Below, piece by piece: positions 30,520 to 46,549 of a DNA stretch of 64,000 nucleotides (position 1 is the first letter of the stretch; every line of letters starts with the position of its first letter). This DNA comes from the human T2T-CHM13v2.0 reference genome, Homo sapiens. The translations under genes and the position numbers were made by a program. The notes under the pieces were generated by a model. The model was not told the DNA's origin, did no database searches, and saw only the letters and a list, made by a program, of their open reading frames with translations. Where the stretch lies: assembly GCF_009914755.1 (NCBI RefSeq), contig NC_060926.1. One strand, given 5' to 3'.

Positions 30520-30745
30520 TAGAAAGACTTTCTTTTGAGTCACATTGACTCTTGTTTTAAAGCCTTGCTTGAGCGCCGGCTGATACATATCCTGACCAAT
30601 TTCTCTAGCCTCTCTGAGCTTGTTCTTTTATTTGTAAATGTGCAGCTAATAGTATTTAACTTGCTAAGTTTATAAAAGAAACAGTGTTTATGAAATCATA
30701 AAACAGAGGACTTTGTGCTTTGCAAGTGCTCAACGATGTTTTCTA
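30520..30745 (+). mobile_element. MIR fragment
   Basis: tagcctctctgagcttgttcttttatttgtaaatg...aagtgctcaacgatgtt. Confidence 0.6.
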
Positions 30746-31059
30746 CCTTTTAAAAGTACCAAAAACACTTGCTAAAAAATGGGCATGGCAGATTGATTTA
30801 AAACATTTCCTCTTTACAATGATCTAGATGTCCTACCCTTAAACCTAAATGAGAAATGGAAATGAAGTAAAAGGGATGAGATAGATAAATTGCTGTTTTT
30901 GTTAGAAGGAATCAAAGAATTGTGTCTGTTACAGCCATAGTAGAGAGTACTAGTAACAAAGCCCCATTCCATGTCAGAATCATTTGGAGAACTTTTAAAA
31001 AAATACATGTTCCAACTTCTGTTTCTCCCAGTATGTATGACTCTTCCTGAGCAACCCTC

Positions 31060-32041
<982 letters not shown>

Positions 32042-34037
32042 TCAGCCCTTTAAGTAAGCAGAGACCCACTGTGGTATCAACAGTCTTTGGTCTTGACTTG
32101 CAGGATACAAGTGGGAGGGGAAAATAAAAAGGAAAGGAAAAAGGAGAACTTTTTAATGCCTTACCTGTATTTAGAATCTGTTCTAGTGACAACACCTCCC
32201 CTGCCCCCACCTGTCCTCACAAAACCTGTAAAAAACCTAAAGCAGGTCCACTCTGAACTTTAGGGAGGAAGGCCAGGCAATGTGGATGAAGAGTATGGTA
32301 ATTTACCTAAGATTATTAGAATTTTTGGTTTGTCGGCTTGAATGTGTGTACCTGTTACCATGGTTCTATCCCAGCCTTTCTTTAAGTGCCTTGTTTTTGC
32401 ACTTCTTGGATTCCTTTTTATAATGCAGTGCTAATCCCTTTGCTGGGTCAGCATCGAGGGCAAACAATTGATTTTAGAAGTGCTGTGCCAGTTGGTGTAA
32501 TCCCAGAAGCAAGGTGGCGTGTGTGACATTGCATGCTGAGTTGACATCTTAGCCGACACACATCCTTTGCTCTTTCGTTACGTGCTTGTAACAAGTTGCA
32601 TGTTTTATGTGCATATTCTTGGCTAGGCTGGCACAGGTAAGTGCCACCTAGCCCTTCCTGTTCCCAGCCTACATTTGCTGTTTGAGTGGCTGTGGATTTT
32701 TCTAGCAGATGACAGTCTTTGTTTTGAAATTTTAAAAATTCATAAATGACTTTGTTCATTCTTATCCACCAAACTCCTAGAATTGTGCTTGGCAAATACT
32801 AAGCACTCAAATTTTTTGAATGATTATTATTTTGTTTAGACTATAATTAGGGCCCGGAAGATATGATTGAAACTAGGTATTAGCTTAAGGAGATGAGGTT
32901 GACTAGGCACTAGTGTCCTAAGCTAAGGCTGAAGAAGAGTTCAGGAGTCGTGTTGACCCTTTAGTTGGCAGTAAGGCAAGTGAGGAACAGAAAACGAACT
33001 TGTGTGGTGGTCCAGGGCCAATAGATTGGGTTCTAGGAAGGCAGCGGTGGGCAGCAGTGGAAGTTTGAAGGACCTGCAGACTGATTAGTTTCTGGCCAAA
33101 ATTTAGGAGCCATTGTTGACAGGTATGGAACGAAACATCCTGGACCCTAAGACCTAAACAAGTGATCCTTATCTAGGATTGGCACCAAGGCATTGTGTGG
33201 AGCTGGACGGTTCCTAACACCTGTTATTTTATAAAATAAATATTAGGAAACCCCTATTCATTTTGAATGTGTTAATGAAAGTGAACTGCTAATCACAGTT
33301 AGCACTTGTATCTTTTCTACTAAATGTGTGAAATGTGCCTTTTAGGGAAATATAATACACATTTTCATTCTTGTTTACCTTCTTCATACGTAGCTGGTTT
33401 AGAATCAACTTTCCAAAACAACCCTACCTATCTTCTAGGCTGTTGACAGTGATTGACAGTGAACAACACTAAAAGAAGGAGAAGCCAGGACAGGACATTG
33501 TATGTCTTCACTGAATTCCTTTCCCCTTATTAGTCATTGCTGACTCTCCTGTATTCATTTTTCACTGATCATCATTCACCATTTCCATCTCACTGAGTCC
33601 AAGTGTCTCTCCATACATGTTTGTCCCTTATTACCCTCTACTAATGGAAGGCTACAAAAGCTAATTTGTTAGAGAAGTGAATGAAATATAATGTCATCTA
33701 TAAATATTAGCTCTCTTCTTCACTCCCTGTTAATAAAAGCAGTATATCATTTCAGAGAGAAGAAAAGACCAGGACCTATCCATTTGTAATCATACTGTGC
33801 ACACATTCAATTAGCCAGAGGGGTAAAGTGCATATTAGTAGGCAGCCTGGGAGTTTGCTGGAGCAATTAATCGGCTTTGTCATCTATAAGTAATAGTTTA
33901 AATAACTTTCTCTTGCTCCCTTGACTGAAACAGCCAATCAGATTCAAGCAATAGATAGCATCCTTAACCTTCCCAAAAATAGACTTAACACTACAATGTT
34001 TGTCTTTTCTTATTAAAAGCTCTATGCTATGTACTAG

Positions 34038-34381
<344 letters not shown>

Positions 34382-36849
34382 TAATGGGGAGAGCAAGGGG
34401 AGGAAATTTTGGTAATAACCAAGGATCCGTGTCCTGTGTTCCATTTTTTAAAAAGTAGTACATTATTGTGTGGTATTAAATTGTTTTTTATTTTTTTTAG
34501 GATTTGACTATAAGGAAAGAAATTCCAGTATGCAACATGATAGCAGAAATAAACAAGCTGTCAGATTTTGGAAATGAATATGAATTTCATTTTCTTTGGT
34601 CCTAATATCACATAATGATTGTTTTTATACAAAAATACCATATGGCTAATGTGGACCCAATCTCAACATTTGTTTGCTGCCTTACACACACATTTTTATT
34701 TATATTTCTTTTTTTATATATGGATCTTCAAGTGGGATGCCAAGAGAGACGATATTTTTGAGGAAGTCAGTGCACAGTCAAAGAGGATATGAACCCAGTC
34801 TAGGTGTTACATGGTGCCCTAATATTCCGCTTGCATAAGAAGAAACCTTTTGTTTGTGGCCTTAGTTGTCACCAGGAGACCATTGTTAATTTTGCTTAAA
34901 AGCTCTTCTGTTGTGTTTAGGTGGCTTTTTAATATAAAGGAAAGAAAAAAATGAAGAACAAGTTTGGCCAAACTCTTAACATTTGGCTCTATCAGGAGTC
35001 TCATCTCCGCTTCGTAGCCTCAACTAATCCTCCACAGCCTCTTGCCAGAGATTTCTTAAGTCTTAAGACTTATAAAGACGCTGGCAAGAAACTGCGGTGC
35101 ATCAGCAGGAACAGGTTGCAAAATGAAGACAAAGCCTCTGGCAAGACACAGGAGGATTAATAGAGGCCAGGCCATGAAATAGAGATGAAGCCCCGAATGG
35201 TGAAAGATCACTGAAGTCACAGTACAGATACAGAACCGGGTGTTCTGTCATTTGGGAAATCATATGGGATGAGCCACGGGGCCCAGTTGGCCAGGGGAAC
35301 AATTGGGAATTGCAGGTCAGGAGCATCCTTTGCCAGAGGAAGTTAAAAGCTTTTAGAACTGGGAGTGCTCAGAGATCCCAGAACAATCTCTAGATGTAAT
35401 TCACACCTCTACTCTGATAAGGAGTGTGAGACCAGATGGAAAACCACTACTGGGTCAGAGAGTGAAAATAAATCCTAGAGAAGATGCCAGAAAGATTTGG
35501 CTAAGCACTACTTAATGGAATAAAATTCGTGACCGGGGTACTGACTGTGTTCCTAATGTTGGATTATTTTAGCCTTGCTCTATTAGTAGTCCTCAGCTTT
35601 GAACCCAGCCTCTCTCCCTTCCTGTCTCTTCCCACATCCCATTGAGTCCCCCCTTCCCTGGAGCTTCCCCCTCCTGCTTCCCTCCCATGCCCCTGCCCCT
35701 TCCCTGTCTTCTCTCTCTTCCTCCCATTTAAAATGTTACTTTTTCTCAATAGCTTTATCAAGGACTACTTTCCTATAATGTTGAGTAGGAAGTTCCCCAA
35801 AGAATAGAAAAATCTGCTTTAATTCCAACATCTAGTTGCTTCAGAAACAGCTGGGTAAATTGGACTTACCCAAGTTGGACTTAGTAATGTTGTTCTAGTT
35901 TATGCGATGGGACCATTTTAGTTGGGGCTTTTGTTCATTCAGCACATGCAGCTGGGGGAGGAAATGGCATTATTTAACTTGTCCATAGTGTATCTTTAAA
36001 TATGAAAAAGAAATGGAACCTATGAATACAAATAATCAGGACTCTCATCCTTTCTTTAGACTTAAAAAGAGAGAAAACAAAGACTTAAATAAACATCTTC
36101 AACAGGTAGTACAATGTAAAAAGCCTGTAAAACATTGCCACAAGGATATATGCCTTGAGTGCTTCAATCACGGGGAATATTCCTCCCATGTTTTACTGCA
36201 GTTAATTATGGCAGAGCACCAGCATGGATTTTGTACCTTAACCTCACCTGTGTCCTCCACCCCCCCACAGAAAGAATGCTTTCCTATTGATGAATCATTA
36301 TGGGGGCACATCCTCTCTTGTGTGTAGGGTAAGAATGTGCCAAAATTAAGACGTACTGGAATTAAGAAAGCCAAAATGAAGTGTCACGTTGAGCTAAGGT
36401 GACAGGTTGTACCTTGACCTTTATAATGAATTCACTTAATTTACTTCTTTTAGTCCTCTCCGAATATGTTCGGCCTTGTATTTTAGGATCTGGGTTTCTC
36501 ATTTCAAAGCATTTATCAATTAATTCTGTAAGAAAAGGACTCACTTTACTGCTGAGAAACAGTTGCGATCTTCTCTAGTAGTTAGAAAACTCAATTCAGA
36601 TCACCATCATCCCACAGCCTATTTTATTCCATTTAGCTACATATGTCAATCATGAATTTTTGGAAGACCCTCATGGATGAGTACCAAATAATTCCTGCAA
36701 ATGGTTTTCTACTTTCTTGTGTGAGGGTGGGTGTCTCTGGCACCTTGGGTTAGAGAGTTGAATTCATCATACTGGTTAGTTGATAGCACATTATCATCAC
36801 CACCAGTCGGTGCATGGCTTTGCTTTTGTTTTCATCTTTTTACTTTTTC

Positions 36850-37560
36850 ATCTTCCATCTCCACTCTTCCCATTCCCATTAACAATGTTCTTATTTATTT
36901 ATATGCCCTTAAAAATATAGTAGGTTGTTTTGTGGCCTTTACATAAGAGACGTTTTTCATTTACATAGGTGATATACTAAGGTTCTCATTCTGTTTCTTA
37001 TATTCACTTGGCTTTATGCTTTTAAGAGCTTTCCTTTTACATTTAGGTTGTTGAACCTGATTGCCATGTGGGGTTCCATAGCAGGCATCCACCACACTCT
37101 TCTTTCCATTCCCATGGTAATAAGCAGCGCAGTTGTCTTAGCTTGCCAGGGTGAACGTCCTTAGAGCACTGCCAGATTGCCCTTCCGGAAAGGCTGCGCC
37201 AGTTTAGAATCCCACCAGCAACACTTGCCAATGCTTGTCCTCCTACATCCTTGCCAATACTTTGTATTACCCAAATTTATCATTTTTGCCAATCATTACG
37301 ATATCTTGCTTTAATTTGTATTTCTCTGATTACTGGTAGGCTGATCATTGTTTATTTGCTTTTATCCATTTAAGCTTCCCCTTCTATTTTTTTAACCTAT
37401 TTTTACATTTGTTTCTTATTTGTTGGAGTTACTTACATATTGTGATACTAATCTTTTATTTGAGTCTTTGTTATTATCTTTTCCCTATAAGTTACCAGTC
37501 TGTTCATTTTGTCTGTAATGTCCGTCTTTGAACAGAAATCCTTATTATTTATCCTACTTA
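36850..37560 (-). mobile_element. old L1 (L1ME-type) fragments
   Basis: actgccagattgcccttccggaaaggctgcgccagtttagaatcccaccagcaa...catccttgccaatact...ttaatttgtatttctctgattact. Confidence 0.75.
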
Positions 37561-38086
37561 AATTTTTGTACCTTTCTAGAGAAAAATGTAATTTTGTATT
37601 TGCATTAAGCTAGAGGCTGGCAGTAGATGGTATGAAAATGTGATGTTTAGGCCAAGACCTCAGAGAATTCTAGAACCGTTCTGATCTCTGAAACAAGCAT
37701 TGTTGCAGAGTGAATTTTCTGCAAACCTTCGGGAGAAGTATAAGCACAGGGGACTCAGCAGTTACCCACAGTATGTGCCAGGGCTAGAGTCATTTGTGGG
37801 GACCCTCCTGGCTCTTTGGCCTATTTTTTTTTTTCAACATACTTAGGACAAGGTCATTTCAAATGCCCAGATAAGTGCAGAGAAATCAGTCATTAAATTC
37901 TAACTCAGCCTGAAGTTTCACTCGGTGGGAAATTTTTGAATATAAATGTCTTGTGTTACCATATAATAGTAGTGACTTATAGTTTTAGCCAACCTTTATT
38001 GAATGCTTACTATGTATCAGGTATGTTCTAAGAGATGTACATTTATTATCTCATTCAGTCTATGCATCAACCTTATCAGGTAGTTA

Positions 38087-38506
38087 TGACAGAAGTAGTA
38101 TTTTGAATTCACCAAATCCCATTTCATATTCCTCCATTCTGGACACATAGAAAACAATACCTCGCAGCCCCCCGTATGGGCCTGGACCTTGCATGTTAAC
38201 TAATTCTTGTCAGTGATATACGAGCAGAGTTGACAGTGTCACTTTCAGTAAAAAAGTTTTTTTTTAACTTTGGTTAAAAAAAAAAAACAACCTTCTTATT
38301 AAAATCAGATTCTGCTGTCATTCTTTTCTATTTTTTTTTGGCCAACCTGGATCACTGGGTCATTGAAAACAACTGTCCTAGATGGTCATTCATGCACGTA
38401 GCTGACTTTCCATGATTTATTGTTGTAATAAGACACTCTCCCATTGATATAGGGAAAGAGGGGCATTTGTTACTGCAGCATTGCCTAACCTAGCCTAACT
38501 AATAAA
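38087..38506 (+). mobile_element. old MaLR LTR (MLT1I/J-like)
   Basis: caccaaatcccatttc... and end atttgttactgcagcattgcctaacctagcctaactaata. Confidence 0.7.
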
Positions 38507-38518
38507 GTAAGTAAGTAT

Positions 38519-38877
<359 letters not shown>

Positions 38878-39384
38878 TTAACTTGCCCAAGTTCCTTACA
38901 ATGTATGTCTGATACCAGAGCCCACCATTTGAGCTTCAGTGAAGCTCTTCCTATGAAATTAATATGGTCTTAAGTCTAAGCTCAATTAGGTCCCAAACCT
39001 TCTGTAGAGTATGGAGTGAAGCTAAGTAACTTTGCTTGTTTTAATTAAATAATCATTAGCAATCTATGATATTTATATATATCTCACTTACAGCAATAAT
39101 GGATGAGTAGAAATTTATTTCTCCTAAAGAGCAGTAGAATAATTTGGCTAGTTCTAGAGGAGTAAATGGCTTTTATCAATACTTCAGCTTTTAAAATATT
39201 AAAAATTCTGTTGCTGGCTTGCTTTTCAAATTAGTTTGTTCAAATTATTCCATTTGTTTAAATTTTTCCGTGGAAAAATCAAGTAGGAATTAGGAAGGCT
39301 TTCGTGTAGGACTGACGTTGAAAGAAGGATAAAATCTTCAAGGCTGGAGGGGTTTCCAGGTAAAGGGGCCTACAATGAGCAAAT

Positions 39385-39710
39385 GCATTTATTTTCCAGT
39401 ATTTGTTGAGCACCCACTATATACCAATCACTTTTCTGGGTGCTTGGAATATGTATTTGAACAATATAGACACGAATCTATGTTTTCATGGTACCTATAT
39501 TCTAGCAAAGGTAGGAAAGGATAGGACAGTTATTTGCAAAGCTGCCAAGTTGCCACAGAGGAAATAAAGCTCAAAGATAAATAGGTACCCTTGGGAACCT
39601 GAATGCCAGCCTGAGGAATTTGTGTGTAATTCAGCAAGAAATAGAGAGCCAGGAGACTTCTGCAAAGGGGTGAGGTACCATGATCCGAGCTGTGGCCTAA
39701 GACTCTCCAT
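39385..39710 (-). mobile_element. L2 fragments
   Basis: tatttgttgagcacccactatatacca...ttttcatggtacctatattctag. Confidence 0.65.
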
Positions 39711-40219
39711 TAGACAAACAGAATTCGGAATATTAGAGTGATCAGGAATGGAGAATTAAATATCGACTACAATTGTCCATACCTTTTCTGAGGCTTAGTT
39801 TTTCTTCCGGGTTCTTGATGGTGGTGATGATGTTACTGACTGATGAGGTGGTGAGCGGAGGCTGAAACCCCACCAGTGCTCCACTCGCCCAGCTGCTCTT
39901 CTGGCCAAGTCTTGTGTCTTTCCTTCGGCACATTCCTCTATCCAGAGGAAGGGGCATCTGTTTGTCGCCTATCTTCCAGGGGTGACATCTTTTATAAATT
40001 GCACAAAGATTCTTTATATGCCTGCAGCAGCCTTGATTAAATGGCAGCACTAGGATTTGACCCCAGTCCTACCTAACTACGAACGCTGTGTGATTTTGCC
40101 AGTGTTTACTACTCTTACAACATTATTTGCCACTACTCTTACAAGTCCTTGCCAGTGTTTAGTACCATTACAACAACTACTCCCCCTACTATTGCTGCTG
40201 CTATTATGAAGGAGGAGAG

Positions 40220-40412
40220 GGAAAGAATAGCATCTGACATTCTTTGAGTGCTGGCTGTGTGCCAAGCACAGTATTCAGTTATTTACATGCATTATTTCAT
40301 TTAATCATCACAGTCTCCCTGTGAGGTAGGTACTGTTACTATGTTGCCAAGTGACAGAATAGGAATTGAAGCCAGTCGTTCAGACTCCAAGTCTGAGGAC
40401 TTAACCACTACA
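40220..40412 (-). mobile_element. MIR SINE
   Basis: tgtgtgccaagcac...catgcattatttcatttaatcatcaca...ccctgtgaggtaggtact...cttaaccactacac. Confidence 0.8.
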
Positions 40413-40520
40413 CTAGTATCTTCCCTGAATACTTAAGGATGAAATATCTTAGAAAACAAAACTGCTGCTCTATTAGAAGTCACATAAAACTACAAAAATT
40501 ATTTAAAGCAACAAACTTGA

Positions 40521-40860
40521 GGCCAGGTGCAGTGGCTCACACCTGTAATCCCAGCACTTTGGGAGGCCAAGGTGGGAGAATTGCTTGAGCTCAGGAGTTC
40601 AAGACCAGCCTGGGCAACATAGCAAGACCTCGTCTCTAGTTTAAAAAAAAAAAAAAATCCTAGGATGATGCTTCTGGGAAAAACAGCAGCAACAACAACA
40701 ACAACAACATTAGCTAGGAGTGATGGCGTGCACCTATAGTCCCAGCTACTCGGGAGGCTGAGGTGGGAAAATCACCTGAGCCCAGGGATTCTTGATTGCA
40801 CCACTGCACACCAGCCTGGATGACAGCAAGACCCTGTCTCAAAAAATAAATAAAAATAAA
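40521..40860 (+). mobile_element. AluJ-like with expanded, interrupted linker
   Basis: Left arm, A17, foreign ~21 nt, (CAG)/(CAA)n, right arm with deletion; TSD aaagca(aca/tcc)aacttga. Confidence 0.92.
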
Positions 40861-41326
40861 GCATCCAACTTGAGCAAGGAATAGCATCAATCCAGTACCT
40901 TGTCATAGCAGGTGCTCAAAAAATATTTAACTTGATTTTCACAGATAAACATTTTGAACATCGGTACTTGAGGGGAAAAAAAATAAGGCTAAATCAGAGA
41001 ATATGATTAAAATAAATATTTTTGTGAACATTTTGATGGTTATTTCTGGATACCTCCAAAGGATTTTAAGTTTGATTGGATAGCCTGTTAATCAGATCTA
41101 ATCTCACTTCTTTTTTTAAAATACAGGTATGTCTAGTTCACTGTTAATTACTGGTGTGCTTCTCTGTAACTTAGGACCCTCAATTTTTTTGTTGTTTTTA
41201 TTTTTGTTTCATTTTGTTTCTTTCCTTCACAAATAGAAAAAAGAGAGAGAATACATACATACAAAGAGAGAATACATATTTCCTAAGCATTTCATCAAAA
41301 ATTGTGAGGGAGGAGGGTGTTAAAGG

Positions 41327-41327
<1 letters not shown>

Positions 41328-41360
<33 letters not shown>
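41328..41360. repeat. (TG)n microsatellite
   Basis: Uninterrupted TG run. Confidence 0.97.
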
Positions 41361-41362
<2 letters not shown>

Positions 41363-41857
41363 ACATGCGCACACACTTTTGAGAATGGGGTTGATCACCT
41401 GCAGCAGATTTCACTGAGCAGTGTTAGGAAGATACTTTCAGGCAGGTCGTTAGCTCCTGGTACTGCTTTCTAGGGTTAATGCAGGTGCAGGACAGCCTGG
41501 CTGCAGTCAGAGTGACCTGGAGTGGGACAGAGGGATCCCAGCTCAAGATGTTGTGTCTGTATCAGGCTGTTTATATTTATGAAATGTTTCCTAACTGGAT
41601 ATTGCTATAAAAGAAAAAAGAAAGCTAGATTATTGAGTTTAATTTGTAAGCTCTGTAGGACAGTGGTTTTGAGACCTTTAAATTTTGTATTGTTGTTTAT
41701 TTGCAGAAAGATTCTAACCCTAGTTTGCACAACTTAGAATCAGAACCCAGCCTGATGGGACTGCCTGCTGACCCAGTCTTTCCCACCTCCAGAAGGGGTG
41801 CCCTGAGGCACTGCCTCTAGGCAAATTCTTCCTTTATTGTACCTTTCCTACAATTTG

Positions 41858-41960
41858 TTTTTTTCCTTTCTTCCTTCCCTCCTTTCCTCCTTCATTTCCC
41901 CTTTCCCTCCCTCCCTCCCTTCCTCTTTCTTTCTTTCCTTTCTTTTCTTTCCTTTCTCTT
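41858..41960. repeat. CT-rich low-complexity tract
   Basis: (TTCC)/(CCCT)/(TTTC) mosaic. Confidence 0.85.
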
Positions 41961-43509
41961 GCACATCTGCATGAGTGCTCACCCTTTTCTCATATTTTTC
42001 AGATAATCATGTAAGTTCCTGAACAGTTCTAGCTTGCTAACAGTTGTGGCCTCTGAGTACATACATAGGATTTCACAAATCTTCCTAGGTGAGCAGGGGC
42101 TCTGGAGTTGCCAGGTGGGGAGATGAAATGGTAACCTATGACATGTATCTAAATGCCCCAGTCCCTGGTGAACAATTGTAGGATTCACCCGTCTTTCTTC
42201 TTTGTTCCTTGGTGCCCTTTCTCCTTGGAAATTGGAAGCATGGGCAAGTTGTTCTAGTCCCAACTCTGCCTTCAGGCTTGGTGTTCTCAGGCAAGTCTGA
42301 ATGTGGCTGGGCCTCAGTTGCCTGAAATGTACAGTGAGGCTAAATTAGGTCTGAGGGTCCCTAGCAAATTATTTGCAACAATACAACTTTTGATATTCAT
42401 GGCCAGCTCACTTATTCACAGTTGCTGTCATTCCTCATTTCCACAGCTTAGAGACCCTTTACTAAAGGGTCTAAAGGTGGGCAAGCTAGGAGTATGTGTC
42501 CATAGCGGAAGTCAACATCTCTCTCAGTCCCCTGATTCTTCCTTAGAGTGGGGTGGAGTGGGAATGATGATTATTTGGTTTACCTCTGAGGTCATGTTTT
42601 CTATAGTAGCTGCACTGGGTGGAGAAGGTTATGATTACCTATTAGCAATCTGCTAGGATTGTCATCTTACAAATTGGAGGTGGGAACTTTGACGATAATA
42701 GAGACTTTGGACTTTAGCCTGATCTTCAGATTCCCTGTGGAAGGTGTGGCCTGAGGAAAAAGGGTTACCTTGATAAGGAACAGTAATAATTTTTATATTT
42801 CTGGACACTGAATTATAAGCATTGCCAACTGAGAGGGAGGAGGGGAGGCCTGCCAGATCAGTAGACTGTGACGTATATGCTCTAAGTGTATGGTTTTGTT
42901 GTCATGTTACTCATCCATTCAACATGCATTCACTGGACACCCATGTGTCAGACACTCGTCCAGCCATTGAGAGTTCTGTATTCCTCAGGGCTGAAGACTG
43001 TATGTTTTTTCTTAGATATTTGGCCTGCAGTTAGTTTCCTGCCATTAGGAGACAGTGATTTTGTTGATCAAGCTATAGAATTCAATCCTAGGGATTGAGA
43101 TATAGACATGTTTTACCTGGGAGGGAGATTTTCCTTTTTGGAAATAAAATTATTTAGTAAAATAATCTTAAACTCTAAGGTTAGATATTAATATTTTAAA
43201 TAATTAATATAGAGAGAAACCTAAAAGAAAGCAAAGGTCTAGATATAATTAGGTACCTTACTCACATACTCTTAACTGTTCTAATTGTTAACCTGTGATT
43301 CCATTCCCATTGTGTGTAAAAGAGGAACTCTCCATTCTTTTTGCACTTCCTTCCTTGAATGTAGAAGTCCTTAGGCTTATATATGGCTCACTGGCACTGT
43401 GGCTTCCCTTAAATCTTTTCATCCTTTCAATACTTGGCCTCTTGAAAAAGAACAGCCTGCAAGGGAAGGCCTGTCCTCCCTGGTTCTCCTCCCTGCTTTC
43501 CTGCCTTTT

Positions 43510-43830
43510 ATTAATTTATAAGGTATTCAGTACCTATTATGTGCCTGGGATGGAGCCTGGTCCTATAACTTGGAGAATAAATAGGAAAGACACGTTTGTG
43601 CCGTGAGCTGCTCACAATCTAGGGAGGGAAAACAACATATGAAGTGCTAAATTATGCTACACTACTGCAAGTTTTGAATGTGGTGTACCAGAAGAATAGA
43701 AGAGAGTGCTTGTAACTTCCTGAAAGGCTAGGGTGTAGAGTTTTCATCGAGGTATGGTGATGGTTGAGCTAAGTATTAAAGAAGGCCTTAGAGTCTTTCA
43801 TTTGGCAAAGGTGGTACCAGGAGATAGTAT
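43510..43830 (-). mobile_element. L2 fragment
   Basis: tattcagtacctattatgtgcctgg...gctcacaatctagggagg. Confidence 0.65.
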
Positions 43831-44544
43831 TTCACCTTCACAACTCAAGAGAAAGATGCCAAAAGCATGTGCTCCAGGGATTTTGGTTTTCAATGAAAAA
43901 AGAATCATTTTCTGTTTTTCCCCTTCAGAGAGAAAGCATTATAAAATGCAGGAGAAAGGAAAAGCGAGGGCAAACAAGCCTCCCTCATCCAAATAGTGCC
44001 AATGGAAGGTCCTGGATTAGGTGTTCCATGAAACTGAAGTACAGTAGCAAAGCTGTCATGAAATACTTTTGGCCAGTCCCTTAAAAATGAGTCTCCAAAA
44101 GAATAGTGGGTAAGAGTGCTTCCTCAGGGCAGATTTCTTGAAATGATTATATTTCTTCTAAACAAAACATTTTAAACATTTGAGGAGAACACTTAACAGA
44201 AATTTTGGAACAGAAAAATAAAGTTATTTCATCCCAGTGTTAACTCTTAATTCCTTATGCAAGTAAAGGCCAGTGGTAAAGACAATTCAAATATTTGAAA
44301 TCTGATTTCAGAATGTAATCTATATGATTTGGTTCTTTAAGTGTATCATATACTTTTCTTGGATCATTAAAATGAGTTTGTATTCCCTGAGCAAATAGTT
44401 GCCAAAAACAGAGGGGACACAGAATTTCATCTGTCATCCTGATTTCGCATTGGTTCCCAAAAAAGAGAGCTGTCAGTTAGGTTTTGAAAACTCTAGACTC
44501 CAAGAGATCAACTGCTGTCTTCATGTTGAGTTAGTTGGGACTTA

Positions 44545-45480
<936 letters not shown>

Positions 45481-46240
45481 ATTTGCAAATTATTTTGGCC
45501 ATTTTTTAAGGAAATATAAACATTTTACAAATTTCATTTCAGCCATTCATTTATTCAGCATTTGAGTGCCTCCTATGCACCAGGCACTGTTCTAGGTTCT
45601 AGGTTCATTGGGCTATGCTTTGTTTTCCTAGCAATTCTTTTGTTCTAGAGGAACTGCACACTTGTTTTTTAATTTAGGTTTTTTCATCCATAATACACTC
45701 TCATGGTTCAAACCTTAGTAATTATAAAAGAGATGTAGTGAAGTCTCTCTTTTACCCTCTCCCTCATCAGACCAAGTCCCAGATAATTACATTTTAAGTT
45801 TCTTATATCCTTTGGAATTTTTTTCCTACATTTATCAGATAATATGAGCGTGTATTCTAAAAATATAATATTTCTAGTTTATCTTTAGCATCAACATTAA
45901 AAGTAGTTTTTTAGGCCAGAGTCACTTGATAAGTATATATTCTTTTTATCCTTGAAACTAATCCTTCCTTATCTCCTGCTCCCGACCCCCTCATTTTTGG
46001 GCAAATGATAGTAGTTCAATTTTTAATGTAAAATAGTAGAGATTTTTATTCTAGAAAACATTGTCCAGTATCAGGTGACACTTAACAATGTTATTGACAA
46101 TGCTGTTAAAATGAGAAGTATTAGAACTGTGTTCCTGAAATCATAAAATCTTACTGAGGATTGTAATTCTTAGATCTTTTAATTTGAGCTACAGCCCAAG
46201 AGGCTTACCAAAAGGTGCTAGGCAATTATTAATCTTTTAT

Positions 46241-46549
46241 GGCTGGGTACAGTGGCTCACACCTGTAATCCCAGCACTTTGGGAGGCCAAGGTGGGTGGA
46301 TCATTTGAGCCCAGCCAGGAGTTTGAGACCAGCCTGGGCAACATAGTGAGACCCTGTCTCTACAAACAAAAAATACAAATATTAGCTGGGTGTGGTGGCA
46401 CGCACCTGTGGTCCCAGCTATTCAGGACGCTGAGGTATGAGGATCACTTGAGCCCAGGACATGGAGGTTGCTGTGAGCCCAGATCATGCTACTGGACTCC
46501 ACCTGGGTGACAGAACGAGACCCTGTCTCAAAAAAAAAAAAAATTAAAA
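46241..46549 (+). mobile_element. AluJ-like
   Basis: Full dimer; TSD aattattaa(t/g)cttttat. Confidence 0.96.
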
